A DNA stretch of 63,954 bases, filler included, from an uncultured Bacteriovoracaceae bacterium (lineage in GTDB: Bacteria; Bdellovibrionota; UBA2428), in the NCBI GenBank assembly GCA_964636255.1. It is 7 parts of 7 records of this genome, joined end to end, with 100 filler letters (N's around TTAATTAATTAA, not from the genome) between each part and the next. Parts side by side here need not be neighbours in the genome. Positions count along the whole stretch, not along the records: positions 54,857 to 60,985 come from CAZWNW010000029.1; positions 61,086 to 63,954 come from CAZWNW010000033.1; 5 more parts are not named here. One strand, written 5' to 3'. Positions 58,498-63,954 of the stretch are shown piece by piece. How positions within the stretch are numbered: the first letter of the stretch is position 1; every line of letters begins with the position of its first letter. The notes beneath the pieces were generated by a model. It was not told the DNA's origin. It searched no databases and saw nothing but the letters and a program-made list of their open reading frames with translations. The translations under genes and the position numbers were made by a program.

Positions 58498-59366
58498 TTT
58501 ATTTCACTTTCCGACAAAGCAGTGCTGGCGATATAGGAGGGGGTTTCCCGATAGTAGTCGACAGAAAGTAGTTCCTCGTTGTCAACGCGCGAACTTAGCG
58601 CTCGTATTGTTCTCGATGCCTTAACTCGCTTGCCGTCGAAACCAATGGAAGCCGAGTGCACTTCATCGCCAACGCATATCATTGGGCTTGGGATCTGCTC
58701 TAAGAGCTCTGTTTGGATCTCCACTTCAAATGGAAATTCTTCATTAGTTTTTACATAACCTGTCAGACGCTCTTCATTGAGATCAAAATCCAATCGCAAA
58801 GGAAATGAGTGTGGATTTGAGAAAACCAGGTCCTTCCAACCGTAAGCTACCGTTGCGTCGCGGCCGAGTGGTATGTAGCGCCTATCTCCATAGGCATCAA
58901 TGCTGTGAGGGTGTCTTTCAAGTATGCGACAGTTCGATAGCAGCGCAAGATTGTAAAGCAGTCCAGAGAGCTGGCAAAGTCCACCGCCCAAGGCCGATGA
59001 AACCCGACGGTGGAGAAATGATGGGCCTTGGACATATCCGTTGCTTTCCTTGGGAGCCTTTACCAGCGCCCAAAAGGAAAAAAGTTCGCCCGGCCGCAAA
59101 ACAATTGGAGAGCACCGGCTGAGAGCTAGGCGAAGATTTTGCATTTTTCCTTGAAATAGGTGAAGTTGGCTTTGAGGTCTAATGATCGGGCAACTATATC
59201 GAGCAGCTTCGACTGCGAATGCAGAAGTTGCCAATTCGGATTGAATGCTTCCAATCCTTCCGTGTCGAAGCGAGCGCTCTACCTGAAGAGCCTTTTGCCT
59301 CAGAATATTAATTCGATGCCAAGTGCTTCCGATGAAGTTCATAAAGATGTGCTTCAAATCCCACAA
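58494..59366 (-). CDS. VanW family protein
   Basis: LRPGELFSF, GGGLCQLS..LYN, ERHPHS, GRDATVAYG..DLVFSN. Confidence 0.88.
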   Translation of the reverse strand: MWDLKHIFMNFIGSTWHRINILRQKALQVERSLRHGRIGSIQSELATSAFAVEAARYSCPIIRPQSQLHLFQGKMQNLRLALSRCSPIVLRPGELFSFWALVKAPKESNGYVQGPSFLHRRVSSALGGGLCQLSGLLYNLALLSNCRILERHPHSIDAYGDRRYIPLGRDATVAYGWKDLVFSNPHSFPLRLDFDLNEERLTGYVKTNEEFPFEVEIQTELLEQIPSPMICVGDEVHSASIGFDGKRVKASRTIRALSSRVDNEELLSVDYYRETPSYIASTALSESEIK

Positions 59367-60045
59367 GAAACTCCGAAACCGCCGCAGTTTCCTGAGATGC
59401 GGGAATTTCGATCTCCAGGAGATGCATTACTGGCGGAATAATTTTTGGATCGATTTTTCCCTCGCCATGCTCAACCAGGCGCAAAATTTGCCCGTATATC
59501 AAAGCCTCGCAAGAAAAAGTTCCTGGAGATGTCTTCCAATACTGTCCTTCGAAAAGTTCGGACCTGAGTTCGTGAATCAAGTCTGTTAGGTAAAGGCGCT
59601 CGCGAAAATCACCCACTTCCTCCCATATTTTCCACTGTCCAGAGCAATAGACGGAAGTCGGAGCAAAGGGCTGGGTGGGCTGATTATATGTATCTAGATA
59701 GAGGTGCGAGATAAAGCTGACAATTGCCGCTTTCATATTGAAAGCCTGACTTGTGCTTTTGAGCGTCAATCGCTCGGCTTCATCGAGATAATCCAGCACC
59801 CGGGAAGCATCCTCCCTAAAGCGACGATGCAAATATCCTTTAGATTGTTGTGACTGACCGGCAAGCTCACGAAAGCCGATCGTGCATATTTCGCGGGCAC
59901 GAAAAGTCGTATGGGCATAGAGACGATGAAAAACCGAGGGGTTCCGATCAATCTGCGGAAAAAGTGAAGCCGCTTTATAGAAGCTCTCATTCTTCGAAAG
60001 CCGCATGAGTTCGTGGGCAAATTGAATGTGTGTCTTGCTATCCAT
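59308..60045 (-). CDS. Putative metal-dependent hydrolase (YdjM-like motif order, soluble)
   Basis: MDSKTH...PQID...HRLYAH...SHLYLD. Confidence 0.55.
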   Translation of the reverse strand: MDSKTHIQFAHELMRLSKNESFYKAASLFPQIDRNPSVFHRLYAHTTFRAREICTIGFRELAGQSQQSKGYLHRRFREDASRVLDYLDEAERLTLKSTSQAFNMKAAIVSFISHLYLDTYNQPTQPFAPTSVYCSGQWKIWEEVGDFRERLYLTDLIHELRSELFEGQYWKTSPGTFSCEALIYGQILRLVEHGEGKIDPKIIPPVMHLLEIEIPASQETAAVSEFLVGFEAHLYELHRKHLASN

Positions 60046-60207
60046 AATCTCAGTATGCTATCGGGCTTTCCAAAAAAAAATAGCTCATTTGATCAAATCA
60101 CCATAACGCAGGCGCTCTGTTTCGCAGATTTGAAGGCGCCACGCGATACTTTATTTATTTCTAACCATGCCCCGTTAATCGAGCTCGTCCAAAAACGAGG
60201 ATGCGAA

Positions 60208-60831
60208 TTACTTATCCTTTGAAAATGTCTCCAGATTCAAGGTTCCGGGATGTGGCTCGCTTTTCTTTGGTGCGACCTTTTGAAAGCGATCACAGAGCGC
60301 CTGGAGATTTTGGGCGCGCATCAGAAGAGGCGCCCCAGATCCGCTTGGGCCTAGCTTCTTTGTAGATAAAAGCCTTTTCTCGAATTCTCCATCATCATTC
60401 TTTGCCCAGTTAAAGGTAAGTAGATGTCGTTCTACAAGATTTTCTTTCTCCAGAATGCCGTAACTTTCTTGGGGAGGGAAATCGTTACTTGGCTCGTCCA
60501 GGTCCCAATCCTGATGCAAAACAACGCATGCAATTTGTTTGCCGCTAGCGTGATAACTTTCTCTATAGTTCACGCGCCCCTGGTTAACTTCTAAACTCAG
60601 CCCATTCCATTCGCCTGAGAGAGGACAGTTGAGGACGACATTGCCGCCGCCTTCGGGGCGATAATCGAATCTTCGGCTTTGAATATCTTCCACGGACGGG
60701 CAGTTGTTTGTGGGGCCGCTAGCTTCTGAACGTCCGGTGTATGCGTAGCAACTGATCAGCGAAAGGAGCAAACGCAATAGCAGCCTCTGAGGAAAAACCA
60801 TGGAAGCAAAGGATAGCAAGAATCTCGGCAA
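60208..60831 (-). CDS. Hypothetical secreted protein
   Basis: Signal-like N-terminus and paired Cys; start uncertain. Confidence 0.6.
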   Translation of the reverse strand: MPRFLLSFASMVFPQRLLLRLLLSLISCYAYTGRSEASGPTNNCPSVEDIQSRRFDYRPEGGGNVVLNCPLSGEWNGLSLEVNQGRVNYRESYHASGKQIACVVLHQDWDLDEPSNDFPPQESYGILEKENLVERHLLTFNWAKNDDGEFEKRLLSTKKLGPSGSGAPLLMRAQNLQALCDRFQKVAPKKSEPHPGTLNLETFSKDK

Positions 60832-60985
60832 AAGACAGGGAGCGGCGTGGGCTTGGACAAAAATTGGCGCTCCTCTATAATCGGAGGAAGAATGATTTCA
60901 AAAGTTTTCCTCCTCATCACATTTTTTCTCTCACTCATCATTCCACCACTCCCTGAACCCCATAGACCCATATCCAATCACCCCC

Positions 60986-61085
60986 NNNNNNNNNNNNNNN
61001 NNNNNNNNNNNNNNNNNNNNNNNNNNNNNTTAATTAATTAANNNNNNNNNNNNNNNNNNNNNNNNNNNNNNNNNNNNNNNNNNNN
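60986..61085. other. Artificial contig linker
   Basis: N-TTAATTAATTAA-N. Confidence 0.97.
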
Positions 61086-61278
61086 ACGGCGCCCCGCGCC
61101 ATTTGACTAATCAAAAATAGATTAGTGCCGATACTAAAATGCGGACTGTTTCCATGATCACTAAACTCGACACGAGGACTTCACAGTAAAAATAAGGCGT
61201 TTCCATAATCTATAGATGCGAATCTCAACAGAATCCCCTGAGGAGCAAACTAATGGAAGACGACAAGATAAAAGTCGC

Positions 61279-61454
61279 GGAACTGCAATGGTCGCGGGGG
61301 TAAGATGCAATTCACGGAGATGTCGGAAAATGAAAGACTCGCTGTTCGCGAGGCGCTCCTTAAGTATTGCGAACTGGATACTCTCGCAATGGTAATGATT
61401 GTCGAATATTGGATGAATCTGCTAGGAGTCGATACCCAGAGTACCGCTGCCTAA
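61279..61454 (+). pseudogene. Orphan 3' end of a DUF2779-like gene (copy 1; not in ORF track)
   Basis: GTAMVA, a frameshift, then MQFTEMSENERLAVREALLKYCELDTLAMVMIVEYWMNLLGVDTQSTAA stop. Confidence 0.75.
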
Positions 61455-61477
61455 AACTGCGGTTCAACGAGGGCCCA

Positions 61478-62230
61478 ATGTCATTTACAGAAAACGAACC
61501 TTCAACGCCAGATTCACGAATTCTTAGAAGATATATATCATTAGCAAAATTCCTCCATCTTCTTTATTCGGAGTCTCTGTTCGTTCCCTATGCTGCTAGT
61601 TTCGAAGATGAGCTCGACGGCGTCCGAGTTTCTCCTGCCGATATTTTTCGTGCACAAGCCCTTGAACGTCGTGCGAAATCTACGGGCTCCTTTTCGGCAG
61701 ACCTGGCAGCGATTCATAAAATGGATTCAGAAGGACGAACCCTTATCAGTGTAAGTTGCTGGTGCAAGGGTGAATCTGAATCCAATTTGATGTGGAAGGC
61801 CTATTGTCCTGGCCATGAAAGTGTTGCTATTGAAACCACTTGGGGAAAATTGCAGGCGATTTTTACGCAGTCTCCTTTTAAGTGGATCGGAGGACAAGTC
61901 TCGTATGAAAATGCAGCAAAACATCCAGATCCCGGAATGTATGACGTTAAGGCCTATTTTAGAAAACGAGAATTCTTCAAGTCGGAATCGGAAATACGGG
62001 TCGTTGCAAATCCGTTCGGTGAAGATAATTCACAGTACGTTCAGGAACTCGTAAAATTTGACGGAATTAGAGTCCGAGTCCCTAAACTCCAAGACTTCAT
62101 CCAGCGCGTTATCATTAATCCACATGCTCCTGATTGGGTATCAGAAACCATTGAACTCGCATTAAACGCTTCGGGGCTTTCGCAAAAGGTGCTTTCAAAG
62201 TCCCAGCTCCGTGTTCAACGGTTCACATGA
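61478..62230 (+). CDS. DUF2971-like protein
   Basis: LRRYISLAKFLHLL..ESLF, FEDELDG, VSCW...ESNLMWKAY, VAIETT, KREFFKSESEIR. Confidence 0.75.
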   Translation: MSFTENEPSTPDSRILRRYISLAKFLHLLYSESLFVPYAASFEDELDGVRVSPADIFRAQALERRAKSTGSFSADLAAIHKMDSEGRTLISVSCWCKGESESNLMWKAYCPGHESVAIETTWGKLQAIFTQSPFKWIGGQVSYENAAKHPDPGMYDVKAYFRKREFFKSESEIRVVANPFGEDNSQYVQELVKFDGIRVRVPKLQDFIQRVIINPHAPDWVSETIELALNASGLSQKVLSKSQLRVQRFT

Positions 62231-62314
62231 ACTGAAGCGCAATTTACGCACACCAAACGACTACCTCCAGAGATCCTGTGAGTACTCACGATTGCATTAC
62301 TCTATGAGATGAAT

Positions 62315-62341
62315 TCAAGCCTAATTACCTTCTTCCGATAA
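62315..62341 (+). promoter_or_regulatory. sigma28 (FliA)-type promoter
   Basis: TCAA-N15-TCCGATAA, ATG 7 nt downstream. Confidence 0.55.
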
Positions 62342-62348
62342 GATCTCC

Positions 62349-62627
62349 ATGAAGCAAGAGGACTATATTGGGATAGTCGTCGGTACGCTGCTTGGGCTAC
62401 GGATACTTCTCTGGTGGCTGAGATCCGGAAAGCGCCTAAACGCGGATGGCGGAGCTGCGATGACTGCATATGCTCGAATGCAGTTTATGGACATGACGAA
62501 TGAAGAAGTCGAGCGAATTTCAAGCTCCCTTCTAAAATATTGTGAACTCGACACACTCGCGATGGTGATGATTTATCAGCATTGGGCAAATGAAATTGGC
62601 TGGAAAATAGGCAAGAGAGCGGCATAG
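62349..62627 (+). pseudogene. Chimeric ORF: TM N-terminus fused to orphan 3' end of a DUF2779-like gene (copy 2, from 62442)
   Basis: ADGGAAMTAYARMQFMDM...LLKYCELDTLAMVMIYQHW matches copy 1. Confidence 0.7.
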
Positions 62628-62639
62628 GGAAATACTCAT

Positions 62640-63101
62640 ATGGGCATAGTTAAAGATTGGATTCGCTCCTACAGAAAATCTGCACGGTTACGGAAACTGC
62701 AGCTAGCCTATTGCCCTCCAAACGATACTGCAGAAGATCTCACTAAATCCCTATTCGATAACACGAGAAAACTCGCCTTGGCTCAATTCCTCGAGCTATG
62801 TGAAGAAGATCCAAACGTTAGCGAAGTTATGACACTTTATTCCATCTCAAAAAAAGAACTTGAAGAAATTCACTGGGAACTAATGAAAGAAGGCGCCGGC
62901 ATTTGGGTCAAGGGACACTATGTTCCTCTTTCCTCTCTGGCCTATGTTGAACCTCTCATGTACATATTGGAAGCAAAAGCCCAGAAGCGAGAGCTTCGGA
63001 AAATTTGCTATGACATCTGTGAATATTGGAAAAACCGCGCTGTCCTAAGGCACATGATTGACGTCAAAAGCGTAAATCCAAGTAAATCCAAGATTGGCTA
63101 A
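62640..63101 (+). CDS. Hypothetical protein
   Basis: 153-aa ORF 12 nt after copy 2; GAGIWVKGHYVPLSSLAY. Confidence 0.7.
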   Translation: MGIVKDWIRSYRKSARLRKLQLAYCPPNDTAEDLTKSLFDNTRKLALAQFLELCEEDPNVSEVMTLYSISKKELEEIHWELMKEGAGIWVKGHYVPLSSLAYVEPLMYILEAKAQKRELRKICYDICEYWKNRAVLRHMIDVKSVNPSKSKIG

Positions 63102-63147
63102 ACGCTATGAAAGTTGGTTCAAGTTTTCTTGGTTGATGCAGCCGCGA

Positions 63148-63954
63148 TTAAGCAGCTTTCTTTAATATCTTCTCAACCTGCAGAAGTACCCAAGAATACT
63201 CTTTCTTCTCTACTTTCTCGAAGTTCACGAGTACGACATTCCATGAAGAGTTCATAATAATAATTCGGGCAGTATTTGCGAAATCCATTTGGCCGCTGGA
63301 GGCCACAATGATTCCAATCATGTGCTTGCTGGAGGCAAGGTCAAATTGTCCGAGCGTAGCACCACTTCTTGAAACGGCTCGAATTTTGTCTTCAAAGATT
63401 CTTCCGAACCTCTCAGTCAAAAGATCAAAACACCCGTCAATGAAAGTAGTAACTTCGGCAGGCCCTTTTACTTGCTCGACCGAGTTGTAAAACTCTGGAG
63501 TCTTGGTACTGGTTTCGGCGTGTCGGGAGTAAGTCTTTGATCCTGCCCACGCAAGGAACTCTCCTGCATGCTTTTGAATTCCGGCTGTATCTGGTGTCAT
63601 ATTTGAAATCACGGTCAGTCGGCTTCTGGCTCGCGTCGCGGCCACATTGAGCCGGTTTGGGTTAGTTATAAAGGTGGAAGACTCAAATGACGGTAGATCT
63701 CGTAGAGTTGAAAGACCCAGAACAATGAACTCGCGTTCCTGGCCCTGATACCGTTCTACGGTATCAGCGGATAAGTTCTTGATGGCGGAAACCCCAAGCG
63801 TCTCTTGAATCGTTTGATTGATTGCAGAGGCCTGATTTCTATGCGGAGTGATGACGCCAATCTGGCTTAAGCTGAGGCCAGCGGCCCGCGCCTTTTTAAT
63901 TTCTTGTAATACTAGCTCGGCTTGTCGTCTTTCGTGAGAGATACCGGAGTAGCA
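63148..63954 (-). CDS. Superfamily 1 (Upf1/Dna2-like) helicase, C-terminal part; runs off window
   Basis: Frame is open to the window end: IGVITPHRNQ, DTVERYQGQERE, NRLNVAATRAR. Confidence 0.9.
   Translation of the reverse strand, partial: CYSGISHERRQAELVLQEIKKARAAGLSLSQIGVITPHRNQASAINQTIQETLGVSAIKNLSADTVERYQGQEREFIVLGLSTLRDLPSFESSTFITNPNRLNVAATRARSRLTVISNMTPDTAGIQKHAGEFLAWAGSKTYSRHAETSTKTPEFYNSVEQVKGPAEVTTFIDGCFDLLTERFGRIFEDKIRAVSRSGATLGQFDLASSKHMIGIIVASSGQMDFANTARIIIMNSSWNVVLVNFEKVEKKEYSWVLLQVEKILKKAA

Noticed and set aside
17438..61085. Six copies of TTAATTAATTAA inside N runs, resembling a repeat family
   Set aside because: Artificial contig joiners; adjacency across them carries no biological meaning
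1..63954. CRISPR array, integron attC array, rRNA, prophage structural genes
   Set aside because: By eye I found no regularly spaced repeats, attC-like sites or matching genes; short degenerate cases could have been missed without computation

Overview
This window is not one continuous locus. It is seven assembly pieces joined by artificial N-TTAATTAATTAA-N linkers (1-17437, 17538-27231, 27332-36950, 37051-46225, 46326-54756, 54857-60985, 61086-63954), plus one 100-N scaffold gap. Gene content (DUF4423-like regulator, HUH/RAYT-like protein, many cysteine-rich secreted proteins, FliA-type promoters) suggests a Bdellovibrionota-like genome; this is inference. Piece 1 is core genome: trehalose/maltose-type ABC importer, SolA, phosphatase-PilZ fusion, peptidase E, divergent SelO, RAYT-like protein behind a structured element, type II glutamine synthetase, DksA, LOG protein and a sigma54 activator. 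Piece 2 is the right end of an island integrated at tRNA-Lys(CTT), carrying an IS-broken STAND NTPase, a PD-(D/E)XK protein, secreted proteins and an Xre-RES toxin-antitoxin pair. Piece 3 is a glycosyltransferase/radical-SAM cluster. Piece 4 has an MFS gene whose 3' two-thirds recurs 5 kb later. Between the copies lie a divergent wHTH-FHA/FHA pair with twin palindromic operators, and after the second copy come darTG and an IS-truncated Mrr-like nuclease. Piece 5 is a nonulosonic (legionaminic-type) acid and Wzm/Wzt glycan locus. Piece 6 has an O-antigen ligase-TPR gene and a VanW operon. Piece 7 has two orphan 3' ends of a DUF2779-like gene, each followed by different cargo, and an SF1 helicase. 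The best novelty candidates are the wHTH-FHA regulator module, the anchor-gene-3'-fragment-plus-cargo stacking seen twice, recurrent sigma28-type promoters on accessory genes, the structured element before the RAYT gene, and the radical-SAM/GT2 fusion cluster.
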